Assembly (NCBI GenBank): GCA_030390025.1
Contig: CM059432.1
Coordinates: forward strand, 103,294,001 to 103,358,000
Direction: 5' to 3'
Source: Squalus acanthias
Lineage: Eukaryota
Length of the DNA: 64,000 nucleotides
Of the stretch, positions 24,501 to 36,742 are shown one piece after another. Made by a program: the position numbers and the translations under genes. The notes beneath the pieces are model-generated. The model was not told the DNA's origin, made no database searches, and worked only from the letters and a program-made list of their open reading frames with translations. The stretch's first letter is position 1. Each line of letters starts with the position of its first letter.

Positions 24501-24735
24501 ACAAGGCCTAAACCCGCACTAGCACCCGGGCTGCACAGAGCCACACGAATCTCACAGGCTGAGAGACAAAAACCCTTACAGTACCTAACAGCACTGTGGG
24601 AGTACCTTCACCACACGGACTGCAGCGGTTCAAGAAGGCGGCTCACCACCACCGTCTCAAGGAAATTAGGGATGGGCAATAAATGCTTGCCTTGCCAGCA
24701 ATGCCCACATCCCATAAATGAATTTTAAAAAAAAT
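21560..24735 (+). mobile_element. CR1-group non-LTR retrotransposon 3' part (21560-22889 + 24585-24735), split by LTR-C
   Basis: NYRPISLLS, DIKAAFD*VWH, GVPQGSVLGP and FADD; 3' end with AATAAA and an A-rich tail at ~24680-24735. Same family as 30668-32097. Confidence 0.9.
22890..24580 (+). mobile_element. Solo LTR family C
   Basis: TGTAGAATT...CCCTTACA; TSD GTAC; AATAAA at ~24335. Confidence 0.9.
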
Positions 24736-25004
24736 TGCCCACATTGTCAATGATTATGGTTGCATCTGCACTACTAGAGTGACTGGCTGACTCCACTGGA
24801 TTCCACAGGGGCAACTAATTTAAACAATTTGAATAAGTTTTCTGTGCATTTTGAATACAGGGAGTGTTGTGTCAGCTGGAGGAGTAGTTGGGGAATCCAC
24901 AGTGCAGCAGCTCTCAAAGGGCTGCTGCACTTGAAGGTGGCAGCATCTATTTTCACAAATCCTGATTGCTAGAGAAGTGAAGATTTCTGAAAGAGCAGAA
25001 ACAA

Positions 25005-25206
25005 CAGTCCCTTTCATTGAAGAGGACCTGTAGGTCCTGCTGGAGGAGATGGTGCAGAGGAAAGTGGACATATTTGGGCTGAGGGGAACCCTCCAATAAG
25101 AGCCAATATACAGCAAGAATGCCAGGTGGTGACTAACAGAGTTGTTGCATTCCAAATATGCATAAGTTAGGGAACAAATTACAAAATAAAGTTCTCAGGA
25201 CTGAGG
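25005..25206 (+). pseudogene. Highly degraded Myb/SANT-like exon-1 remnant
   Basis: FIEEDL*VLLEEMVQRKVDIFG...KFSGLR resembles the Myb exon 1 of the Harbinger elements; interrupted by a SINE. Confidence 0.4.
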
Positions 25207-25676
25207 AAAGAAAGAAAGACTTGCATTTATATAGCGCCTTTCACGGCCACCGGACGTCTCAAAGTGCTTTACAGCCAATGAAGTACTTTTGAAGTGGAGT
25301 CACTGTTGTAATGTGGGAAATGGAGCAGCCAATTTGCGCACAGCAAGCTCCCACAAACAGCAATGTGATAATGACCAAATAATCTGTTTTTGTTATGTGG
25401 ATTGAGGGATAAATATTGGCCAGGACACCGGGGATAACTCCCCTGCTCTTCTTCAAAATAGTGCCTGGGGATCTTTTACGTCCACCCGCGGGTGCAGACA
25501 GGGCCTCGGTTTAACGTCTCATCCGAAAGACGGCACCTCCGACAGTGCAGCACTCCCTCAGCACTGCACTGGAGTGTCAGCCTAGCTTTATGTGGACACG
25601 TCCCTGGAGTAGGACTTGAACCCGCAACCTTCTGACTCAGAGGCAAATGTGCTACCCACTGAGCCACAGGTGACAC
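25207..25676 (-). mobile_element. tRNA-headed SINE with Deu-domain-like body and L2-like tail (SacSINE1/DeuSINE-like)
   Basis: A box TGGCTCAGTGG, B box GGTTCAAGTCC, tail GCGCTATATAAATGCAAGT(CTTT)n; multiple copies in the window. Confidence 0.88.
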
Positions 25677-27150
25677 AGGGTGCCAAGGTAGTCTTGAATA
25701 AATATTGCCCATTGAAAGTAAAGGATTCTTGTACTTTGCATGCACCAATTACTCAGCCCACATCATATTAGCACATCAGCAATGCAGCCTGTAAAACACT
25801 AGCCCCAACCTTCACATCTTACAGCTACCATGTCAGTGAAGCTGCAGTTCCAACTTGGTGGCAGACAAAAGCAAAAGCTACCTTCACCTCACATAACTGT
25901 TTCATGTTTCCTCACCCACTCACTGTGATTCCTGAAACTACTTGCATTCTATGCCTTCATTCTTTCAAACCAGCTGGCGTGTAGGCTACTCATTGGGGTG
26001 CTTCTTGTGTTACATACTAGTGCTATTCTGTGTTTCAAGGAGAAAGCAGCCCACCACTTTAGGCAAACAACCCACACTGGTGGTGGACCAGCCAACCTCT
26101 GACTCCTCAATCACCGTGAGCAGCAAGCCTTACAAATTATGGAGGCCATAGAGGGAGAAGGCGAGGGAAATGTTGGTAGCTTGGTGGCTTTGTGGCAGTC
26201 CAACAAAGTAGTCTTATGTCCAATGTCTTCTTCTTACTAGCCCTTTCAACACAATCAGTAAAGAAGAAGCAGGGGCATCTGCCCATCAACAGTATGGTAT
26301 CACATTACTGTGTGCTTTCCCGTTTGCATTTTTCCCATCCTAAAACTGTTTGTTTTCGCTTGGCGTAGAAGACTCCCAAGACAAAAAGCTGGATCAGGCA
26401 GGAGCTGGAAGCTGCTTCAGCACAGCATCGTCCATCAGGCATTCCAGAACTCAGCAGCAGCAACATACATGCACTTCAGGGGAACAGGTAGAAAGAGTCA
26501 GGCGGGAGCAGCTGGTGTTGCACTGAATGCACTGATGTGGAGGTGGCAATAGAGGAGCACCAAAAACAAGAAGCGAGGGCTTGTGGCGGATGTACAGCTG
26601 CTTATGGGACCCACTGATTCTTGGGTTGTCAACCAAGCCAAACTGATTAATCGCCTGAAGCTCTTCATGCAGTCCTTTGCAAATCTTCAGAGCTCCCAAC
26701 ATGAAATGCTGGAGGACATATAGCTGTGCTGCTCTGACATCTGTGCAGGAATGCAAGAAGGTTTTGGGAACCTTAGAGCACCATAAGTGAATGACAACTT
26801 CAGGGCAATTTGAAAGGACAGAGGGTCTATGCCAAAAACTGGCAAGTAAAATAAAACTGTAATCACAACTCCTCAAAAAATAACTACAGTTTTCATTGGG
26901 GTACTTTTCAATTGCTCAGCTGGAGGAGGCCATGCAGCAGCAGCCATTTTAAAAGGGCACACAATGAATAAAGAGCAGAGAGCAGGTGAACAAGGTGAAT
27001 TCATCATGGGGCTTATTAGCATATACTTGCATTAAAATGGAGCCTTTAATGAGGCCTGCAGATGTACTCGATGCAGCCTCAAAAACTGAAAATATTTGGG
27101 ATCCCCAAATCTGTCAGGAGTGCCATCTGTGCTTGGGTCTACCTGCTCAT

Positions 27151-28823
27151 TGTAAGGTTTCCAAAATTTGCAGATCCCCAAAACCTAAGGAAAAAGGACT
27201 TTAGAACTACCTCAGAGTGATAAAAATGCATTTGGGCCTAACATAAGGAATTTAAGACCAAAAACCAAGTTTTGGCATTTAAAAAACATGTCTGGGCCTG
27301 TAAAGGGAGAAAAGGCTGCGAGAGAAGGTGGGTTCGACCTCTGTAAAAGCAGTTTTGGTTATTGCAGTTAATTGCACTGTCTGGGGAACCGGGATGACCC
27401 CACTCAAGCCCCAGCAAGCATTAACATTTTGACAATAGACCCTGGGAGAAGACAGTCCCACCCAAAATAACAGGCCCCATCAAACCGATTACAGGACCCA
27501 TCAGAAAACATGCATAATACAAATCACTCAGGACTAGGCTATAGAAAAGACTGAGTCCAGCCTAGAAACCCAAAGCACGAAACCAATCACCAGTGATCAG
27601 CCAAGGAGATCGACAGGATGCAAACCATCCCAAAACCCATTTGACACTTACAGAGCAGTTACTGGTAACAGGCCCGCCAAAATTCAGACAATGAACTGAA
27701 TAGATTTGGCGGGTAGATAAGGCCATGTTCAATGGGTGAGATTGAAGGCCTGTTAAAAACCCAGTTAACGTGCTAGTAAGTCGTTACCGATTTACGAGCC
27801 CGCCAAAAACCAGACAATGAACTGAGTAGATTTGGCGGGTAGATAAGGCCACTTCAATTTTGTATAATTGAAAGGCCCATCAAGCAGTTCAAGGTCGAGT
27901 CGTCAGTCGCAACCGGTGGTCATCAGAAGAAGAAACCAGGAAGAAGAGAATCCCGAGCTGGAAGCGAGTCGGCATCATTCACCACTCAGACACACCTGAG
28001 TCCAGCTTGTGAAGATACCACCTCGACAGACCTCCAACAACGGTCCCGACACAGTCACCCGGAGCAACAAGCAGCAACAAGTCACCAACGGCTCCACGAG
28101 GTTGACCGACACACTAAACAAGGCCTAAAGCCATCGCGGAAACAAAAGGCCTCACGAAACCAACAACCGCGCATTGCCCCCAACTGACGGGGTAATAGCA
28201 GGCCACTGCGACCAACAAAGACCAACTCCAGGGAAGAAAACCCAAAGAACTGCAAAGTTTCCACACTACAAACTACTCCTGACTTACCCCTGGGTAAGAT
28301 TTTCCCCAAAGACTCTAAGCCCTACTGCTAAACCAAAGAAATTGGGTACTCACCAGATAAATCCAAAACGACATCCTACCGTATCAGCGGACTCGCGAAG
28401 ACTGACCAGAGACTCAGGTGAAGTCCTCTACCACGTACGGGGTACGGCAGACACTAACCGCCATAAACAGCAAACCCCAAAACTGCGATTTAGTCCAACT
28501 GTCAAAGGATTGGTGAGCATTATCCCTGGTCCTTCAAAACCTAACTTAGCTAGTAAAGTGGGGTTGGGAGGGGTGAAGTATTGTTCTACTGTCATTTCCC
28601 TCGCTTGTACCAAAGTGTTTCCCACCTTTAGAGTGTTAAGAGTGTTATTATTTGTGTCTTACCTTTTAATAAAGATTGAAGTTCTTTCATCAAACTCAGT
28701 TGTCTGCTGCACCTTTGTATCACAACCCCCAAATAAGTCCATGGTCTAGAACCAAGGGAGTGGGAGCGATTCGAGCCGCTCAGAAGTCAGAGGTAAAGCT
28801 GACACAAAGCACCACCCCCTACA
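27151..28823 (+). mobile_element. Solo LTR family B, uninterrupted
   Basis: TGTAAGG...CCTACA; TSD TCAT/CCAT with one mismatch; TATAAT at ~27863; AATAAA at ~28668; internal ~55-bp direct repeat at 27672-27725 and 27798-27851. Confidence 0.88.
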
Positions 28824-30361
28824 CCATTTCACACTGCTTTCACATTGCAGGTGCAGGGCTGTTCCCTGAGCATAACATCAAGGGAATCAGTCCTCAAGTG
28901 ACATCACCGGGGATACTAACTTACAAGGGTTACTGAAGCTGACAATGTGAGGGAGCTGAATTAACATAAGCAGAAAACAGAGGCCTACTTTTTGGTTGCT
29001 GTTACCTTATTTTTCAGATGTTGACACCTAGCTTCTGCTTGGCATGTCAGTTTGCTGTAGCCACCCACAGTCCTTTAATGATAATTAGAAATAGGACATT
29101 CACAATTGCTACCTGCTCCCAATTTTCTAATGTTATTATTGGAACAGTGAAATCCTCTGTTACAAATGTATTAATTGCACAATTAAAATTGATCAGCTAT
29201 TGACATATTCATTAGCACCATAGTGACACAGATAGGCCTGAAGTTTCCATATAAAAGGCTAATCATTCCTAGTAGTAATATCAACAATGATTAGATTCAT
29301 GAACTGTGGGAGTACCTCTTCCTAAAGAGCTAAGAACTTTTTGCAAATCATATCTTGGCAAATGTCCTAAAAAGGTTCTTTCATATCTAGAATACAATAT
29401 ATGTAAAATCCCAAAGATTTATATTCTGTTGTCACTTGAAAAGATTAAGTATTCATGATAATTAAAATCTTTACTTTGAGAAAATGTATAATTGGCATTG
29501 TTCAGCTGTAATGCAACTGAAATCTCTACACAATTATAACACATCTTAGTATCATAAAAGTGATGAGACAACGGGTATATGCTATAAATGTTAAAAATAA
29601 TCTTTGTTCTCAAACCATACCTGGTATGATACACATCAGCAATGAATTACAAATAGTAACATTCAGTTTAGCAACCATACAAGTAACATCGTTCAAATTT
29701 GTTATGACAGAAAGTTCATAATAGAAATCATGCTAAATGCAATGAGATATTCCTTAAATAATAGCCTAAAATTTCCACATTGATGATAGGTTTCACGTTC
29801 CTTAGTGGCAATCAATGGTCTGTACCAACTCAGACCTCATGGAAGTCCTCAAGGAGCAGCCAGTAGCTCAGATGTGGCAGGAGGAGATATAGATGTGAAT
29901 ATAACCTCTCAGAGTGATGACCCATCTGTCCCCAGGCCCCCAGAGGACTGCAGAAGGGTAGGGAACGTGAGCACCAATCCGCACAGATGCCAAAGTGTTG
30001 GCAGTAGCAAGAGCATCTCTTGATCCAACAGAAAAGGGGCATCACCACAAATGAGTCTTGGGGCCCCATTGAGGAACAGTATGCTGTCATCACACTTGCT
30101 TCTCCAACTGAGATGGTAGTAAGAAAAAACAACAAATTTGAAAATAGACAACACACACATTACACTTTCACTTGATGAAGTGACACACATGTGGAAGAGA
30201 GAAATAAACTGATTGGATCTTCTTTTGAGCATTTTCAGAGTCTTTTTTGACAGAAAGTACATATTAATGTTCCTGTTAGGGGATAACATGTAGCAATAGT
30301 GGGTGGATTCAGACTAATAAGTTGTTTCATCTACTGGAACCTAGCCTACCCATATATTTTA

Positions 30362-32455
30362 GGGGTGAATTTAACCCTGCCCATCCAGCAGACAGGAAGT
30401 TAGAATCTCCCAGGAGACTCTTCCCACAAACTTCAATTTTAATCTGCTCTTCTCTGCAGACAAGAGGCCACCCAGCAGGGTCTTCTTTAAAGATGCAGAT
30501 CGGGCTCCGATGACATCATGGGAGCCTGACTGCTATTTTAACCATGGGCCTGAACGGGGAATCAGTTGAGGCTTCCCCCTGCCCATCCCCCACCCACCCA
30601 CCCCCGCCACCCAGGTCAACCCAGCAGGTGGAGGAGCCGGGGGTCAGAATAGGCCCAAAGAGATTATTTTTTTTAATTCATTCATGGGATGTGGCTGTCA
30701 GTGTCAAGGCCAGTATTTTTATTGCCCATCCCTACTTGCCCTTGAGAAGGTGGTGGTGAGCCGCCTTCTTGAACCACTGCAGTCTGTGTAGTGAAGGTAC
30801 TCCCAGAGTGCTGTTAGGGAGGGAGTTCCAGGATATTGACCCAGCGACGATGAAGGAACTGTGATATATTCCCAAGTCAGGATGGTGTGTGACTTGGAGG
30901 GGAACTTCCAGGTGATGGTGTTCCCAGGCACCTGCTGCCCTTGTCCTTCTAGGTGGTAGAGGTCGCGGGTTTGGGAGGTGCTGCCGAAGAAGCCTCGGTG
31001 AGTTGTTGCAGTGCATTTGTAGATGGTACACAATGCAGCCACGGTACGCCGGTGGTGGAGGGAGTGAATGTTTAAGGTGGTGGATGGCGTGACAATCAAG
31101 CGGGTTACTTTGTCCTGGATGGTGTCAAGCTTCTTGAGTGTTGTTGGAGCTGCACTCATCCAGGCAAAAGGAGGGTATTCCATCACTGACTTGTGCCTTG
31201 TAGATGGTGGAAAGGCTCTGGGGAGTCAGGAGGTGAGACACTCGCCGCAGAATATCTAGCCTCTGACCTGCTCTTGAGGCCACAGTATTTATGTGGCTGG
31301 TCCAGTTCAGTTTCTGGTCAAAGGTGACTCTCAGGATGTTGATGGTGGGGGATTCAGCGATGGTAATGCTGTTGAATGTCAAAGGGTGGTGGTTAGACTG
31401 TCTCTTGTTGGAGATAATCATTGCCTGGCACTTGTGTGGCGCGAATGTTACTTGCCACTTATCAATCCAAGCCTGAATGTCGTCCACTTCTGACCTTATG
31501 ATGGAGGGAAGGTCATTGATGAAGCAACTGAAGATGGTTGGACCTCGGACACTGCCCTGAGGAACTCCTGCAGCGATGTCCTGGAGCTGAGATGATTGGC
31601 CTCCAACAACTACAACCATCTTCCTTTGTGCTAGGTATGACTCCAGCCAGTGGAGAGTTTTCCCCCCGATTCCCATTGACTTCAGTTTTACTAGGGCTCC
31701 TTGATGCCACACTCAGTCAAATGCTGCCTTGACGTCAAGGGCAGTCACTCTCACTTCACCTCTGGAATTCAGCTCCTTTGCCCATGTTTGGAGCAAGGCT
31801 GTAATGAGGTTGGGAGCCGAGTGGTCTTGGCAGAACCGAAACTGGGCATCAGTGAGCAGGTTATTGGTGAGTAAGTGCCGCTTGATAGCACTGTCGATGA
31901 CACCTTCCATCACTTTGCTGATGATTGAGAGTAGACTGATGGGGTGGTAATTGGCCGGATTGGATTTGTCCTGCTTTTTGTGGACAGGACATACCTGGGC
32001 AGTTTTCCACATTGTCGGGTAGATGCCAGTGTTGTAGCTGTACTGGAACAGCTTGGCTAGAGTCGCGGCTAGTTCTGGAGCAGAAGTCTTCAGCACGACA
32101 AATGTTCTTAACTTTATTTTAATTTACCTTGTGGGACTAGGAGCAGCAGAAAGTTAAGCCTCACCTGCCTTAGGCTTATCACCTCCATTGCGAGGCCCTT
32201 CCGAAACCCCCTCCACATGACGTACCTGTGTGCCGGAGATCACTGCATTGATCCCTGGTGGCGGCCTTATGCCGCCCAACATTGCACTCCCATCGGCTGG
32301 CCTGCTGTTGCTTCCCGCCAATTCTGGGCGGAAAGCTGACCGGGTGCATACAGATGAGGCCTGGGAGTTAAAAACTCCTGGGCCTCACGCTGCAGAGGTC
32401 GCCCGCCACTGCCCCTGCCCACCTGATTCCTGCCCCGAGATAACATTGGTGTTTT
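30362..32455. mobile_element. Probable Harbinger-type MITE (30362-30660 + ~32100-32455), split by a LINE
   Basis: GGGGTGAATTTAACCC start, TGACATCA at 30511 and similarity to 12015-12400. Right end unclear. Confidence 0.4.
30668..32097 (-). mobile_element. CR1-group non-LTR retrotransposon, 5'-truncated
   Basis: NYHPISLLS, LDVKAAFD and GVPQGSV; an internal deletion removes the FADD motif; near-identical family to 21560-24735. Confidence 0.9.
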
Positions 32456-33129
32456 TGCCACATTAGTATTACAGAGAAGACTGGATATTCCAGAGAGGAT
32501 GAAAGTCCTATTACTCAATCCTCGACACACCTTTGCATCCGCCTCAGCCAGTTTTTTAAATTTGTTTTTGGAATATGGGTGACGCTGACAAGGCAGTATT
32601 TGCTGCCCATCCCTAGTTTCCCTGAAGGCATTGAGTCAACTACATAGTCAATTACCATAACCACTAGTAAATCCAGTTGTCTTTCTTCCTCTTATTCTTC
32701 CACTGCAGCTAACTTCAGACACGCTTTTCAATCCTTCTGGCTGCAAGGATTCCTATCTACGAATGGGGGAGTTGTGCAGCACAAAGGAGACACAGGTGAT
32801 CCTAGATATGGTGCTGTAGAATAGGACCCCACCTAATTTCGCCAGACAACAGAAGAGCTGTTCAACATGTTGATCATTTTATCCAGCAGAATTTGGGTGG
32901 AAACTTTGGCCTGGTTGTAGTTTTACTTTGCCCTTGTGTAGAGCTTCCTGACTGATGTTAATAGCAAAGGCAGTAAAGGGTACCTTGGTCTCCCAGGAGC
33001 CATCCGTCCATTTTTCCTGCATCTTCAAACAGTTATGGTATTGTGGACTATCACTAGATAAAAGCATTTGTTAATTTTTTTGAGCTCGACGTTTACCACC
33101 TTTTCGAAGAGGCATTCCAATGAGACCTT

Positions 33130-33392
33130 TTCTGCCTGTTCAGGTGGACATAAAAGATCCCATAGCACTTTTTGAAAAAGGGTAGGTAGCTAACTCTTCC
33201 AGGTGCCCTGGTCAAAATTCTTCCTTCAACCAACACCACCAAAAGCAGACTAAGTGGTCATTCATCACATTTGCTGTTTCTTGCTGTGCACAGATTGACT
33301 GATGCGTTTTCCTACATGACTAAACTTCATTAGCTGTGTAGAGCTTTGGGACATCCTGAAAAAGTGCTATATAAATGCAAGTTCTTTCTTTA
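33130..33392 (+). mobile_element. Degraded SINE body and tail
   Basis: AAAAGATCCCATAGCAC...GCTATATAAATGCAAGT, matching the 25207-25676 family. Confidence 0.7.
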
Positions 33393-34574
33393 CTTACAGA
33401 ATGTAGTTATTCACAGTTTTCTATATTTGACATTGTTAAATTTATCAGTAAGTCTCTATTTCAAAAATTTAAATGGTTAAAAGCTGGATTTGGCTTCAGT
33501 TCAGCTTCCCTATGTGCACCAATGGCAATCAGCCCTACCTTCCCGGATCCTCCATCGGCCTCAAGGCTGTTAACACTTTTTCTAAGTGCCTTTCTGAAAT
33601 TAATACCTGGATAAACCAAACTTCCTCCAACTAAATGCCACAAAACCAAAACTATCTAATTCTTCTCCAACGAACACCGAAACTCCCCGGGCCTTTCCGT
33701 CAACCTCTCACTCAGCCACCTCAGATGGAACTTTGATGTACTACTCAGTCTCGAGTTCAACTTACCCCACCAAATCCAATTGGTACAACTACCCAATCAT
33801 GGAGCACAAGGTCCACTTACAGGAACTGCTTTGAAACCAATGAGAAATAAAATGGTTCTATAAAAGCCCCAACATTGTAACACATATCAACATAATCTGT
33901 GTCACCAAGCATATCCTTGAAAAAAAACTTAAACTATATGTACTCCATGGAAAACTTTCCCAGCAGCCATATGGCAATGACAAACCAAAGTTTTTAGAAT
34001 AAGCTTTAGGCACATATTTTCAAAAGTGGTCCCAGTTACAGACTGTCACTAACTTGAATTGTTTCAGACAATACTTTCCTTTGTAGTACTGGCTGTGGTA
34101 AATCTTAAGCAGTTGTGGCTAGGAGCTGCCTTTTTCCTCAGCAGTTTTGTTAACCTATTCTTTTCCAGGTTGAATCAGTTACAGAGTCCAACCTACACAA
34201 AGGAAAATTTCCTCTGAACTGCTGTTTACTTTGGCTGTTATAATATAATATTACAGTAGTAAGGCTATTCCTGATAACAAAGTAATTTTATTACTATAAT
34301 ATTAATGTTTGCTGAAAATGATTGACTCAGGAAACCTGAGAGGACCTAGGAACTTTCAGCAGTCTAAGCGTTAACAAAATCAAACAACTGTAACTATCCT
34401 TTAAGACTGTACAAAACTTTGGCAACAGGTCTGTTCTGACATAAATAGAATGACTAATATAAACACAGAACTCATTTTTTCACAGTTCAGCATGAAAATT
34501 TTCTGCTATCTGTTTTAGCCACAATCTCTTTAGACCATCTGTTCCCAACCACACTGTCCCCATTCAATTTTGTA

Positions 34575-35018
34575 AGAAGAAAGAGAGAAAAACTTGCATT
34601 TATATAGCACCTCTCACAACCTCAGGATGTCCCAAAGCACTTTAGAGCCAATGAAATACTTTTTGCAGTGTAGTCACAGCAGCCAATTTGCACACAGCAA
34701 GCTCCCACAAACAGCAATGTTATAATGACCAGATAATCTGTTTATTAGTGATGTTAATTGAGGGATAAATATCAGTCAGGACACCAGGGATAATTCTCCT
34801 GCTCTTTTTCGAAATAGTGTCATGGGATCTTTTACGTCAACCTGAGAGAGCAGACAAGGCCTTAGTTTAACGCCTCATCTGAAAGATGGCATCCAACAGT
34901 GCAGCACTCCCTCTGTACTACACTGGAGTGTCAGCCTGGATTTTTGTGCAGTGGGATATGAACCGACAATCTTCTGACTCAGAGGCGAGGGTGCTACCAA
35001 CTGAGCCACGGCTGACAC
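34575..35018 (-). mobile_element. tRNA-headed SINE, same family as 25207-25676
   Basis: Full-length homology including the head GTGTCAGCCGTGGCTCAG. Confidence 0.88.
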
Positions 35019-35439
35019 TTTAATCACTTTGATTCTGCATTGTACTCAATTGGTTTTTGAAACTTTACTTTCAGTTTCAAAGAATCTAGATATTTTACCA
35101 TTATCCTTGTTATCATTATCGGGTCAATTGTGTAGTCCCAGCTGTGAGAAAAGGATTCAGACAACGGAGCAGAGTCTGACTTTGCATCACAATTAAAGGT
35201 CATCTCATTACTATAATTTATGTGTACTTCCAGCTAGTTTGCACCTGCAGCTGGGAGCTTTTGAGTGGGGTGGGAGGTGAAATACTGCAAGATATTTCAA
35301 ATATTTGTCAGCGTTTCTAAAGGCTCTATGGGAGGAAGAAGTGGAAGGTAAACGCATGAGAAAGCAAACCCAACATGGAGGTAAGAAAAGAAGTCTGGGC
35401 AAGTGACAGAGTGGCACTGCACTCAACCAACTGTTTGAT

Positions 35440-35640
35440 GACTGGCAAAATAAACATACTGCTGCATGAGGTGAGTGCAAGGACGATTTCCCTGTTTGTA
35501 GCTCTAGGGCACCCTCCCAACACTACTGGAGTGCACCTTGCCGGGCAAGAGGTGGCCATCAGAATTAATGCTGTGTAATGTACCTGCAGGACCTGAAAAC
35601 AGATGCAAAAGACAGCACTTTTCAATGAATCTGGCAAGGC
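35440..35640 (+). pseudogene. Degraded Myb/SANT-like exon-1 remnant
   Basis: ILLHEVSARTISLF...QEVAIRINAV*CTCRT*KQMQK..FNE follows the L.EV..R...LF..EVA..IN...RT..Q..K.FND pattern of the other Myb genes. Confidence 0.5.
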
Positions 35641-36419
35641 AGAATTACCAAACAGTACCATGTCCCAAGTAGATGTGCTCCTTCACATTATAGTTCAAGA
35701 ATATTTCTCAGCTTGCATGATACTAGGGTGCAATCCCAAACTGGAGAGGAGCAGGCAAATCAGAATCCTTGACTCTTTTGGTGGACATGCTTGGATACAA
35801 GAGCATGGAGGGAGTAGGGGACAGTGAAATCTGTCCCAAATACACCATGATGAGTAAACAAAAATTGTTCCCTCCCCCTAAAGAATTCTAAAATTACATA
35901 TTAAGAAAATATTCATAAATATTAATAAAGATAACACAGTAACAGAAACGTACAGTAACAGTTGAAACACAACCCTACAAATGTGTTCCCCTTCAGGAGT
36001 TTCCTGCGTGCCCATTTAAAATCGAAGACAAAGAAAAGGTCTGTAAGCTGTGCTAAGTATTCATTTAAATGTTTATTGCATTCATTTTTGGGCCTTAATG
36101 AGGCAAAAAAGGGGTAAATATTCCTCCTTAGTGTTTCTGGTATGTGAATTGAGAACAAAGCTCTCCTAATTTTCTGATCCCTCATGCCCATATAGCACTT
36201 GTGCACCAAGCCAGCTGATCAGAAAATCTACTCTTATAAACACACCCATCATGTCACAATCCCAAGAACACCACTTCTAATATTTTACGGACGTTTTTAT
36301 TTTTTACAAAAACATAAAATAAACCAACTGATTGAAAACAGACAGACTACTATTTGTTGGCTATCCAAGCTTGGTTCTCAAATATTCATAAACATATTCA
36401 CCCTGTTTTAAGGTTTAAA

Positions 36420-36742
36420 GAAAAACTTGCATTTCTATAGCACATTTCACGACCACCGGATGTCCCAAAGCGCTTTACAGCCAATGAAGTACTTTTTTTT
36501 TTAAGTGTAGTCACTGTTGTAATGTGGGAATCGAGGTAGCCAATTTGCGCACAGCAAGCTCCCACAAACAGCAATGTGATAATGACTGGATAATCTGTTT
36601 TAGTGATATTGATTGAGGGATAAATATTGGCCAGGACACTGGGGATAACTCCCATGCTCTTCTTCGAAATAGTGCCATGGGATCTTTTACATCCACCTGA
36701 GAGGGCAGACGGGGCCTCGGTTTAACATCTCATCCGAAAGAC
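36420..36742 (-). mobile_element. SINE, 5'-truncated
   Basis: Matches 25207-25530. Confidence 0.85.

Noticed and set aside
25600..25676. tRNA gene
   Set aside because: The A/B boxes are the head of a multicopy SINE; no complete cloverleaf.
26300..27150. Possible further Harbinger remnant
   Set aside because: Too degraded; I could not read any diagnostic motif.
28174..28749. 191-aa ORF in LTR-B
   Set aside because: Non-ATG start, no retroviral motifs, and stops occur in the other copy.
29805..30289. Possible host exon (overlapping short ORFs, acceptor-like tract on the minus strand)
   Set aside because: No recognisable protein in any frame and no partner exons; cannot be supported without a search.
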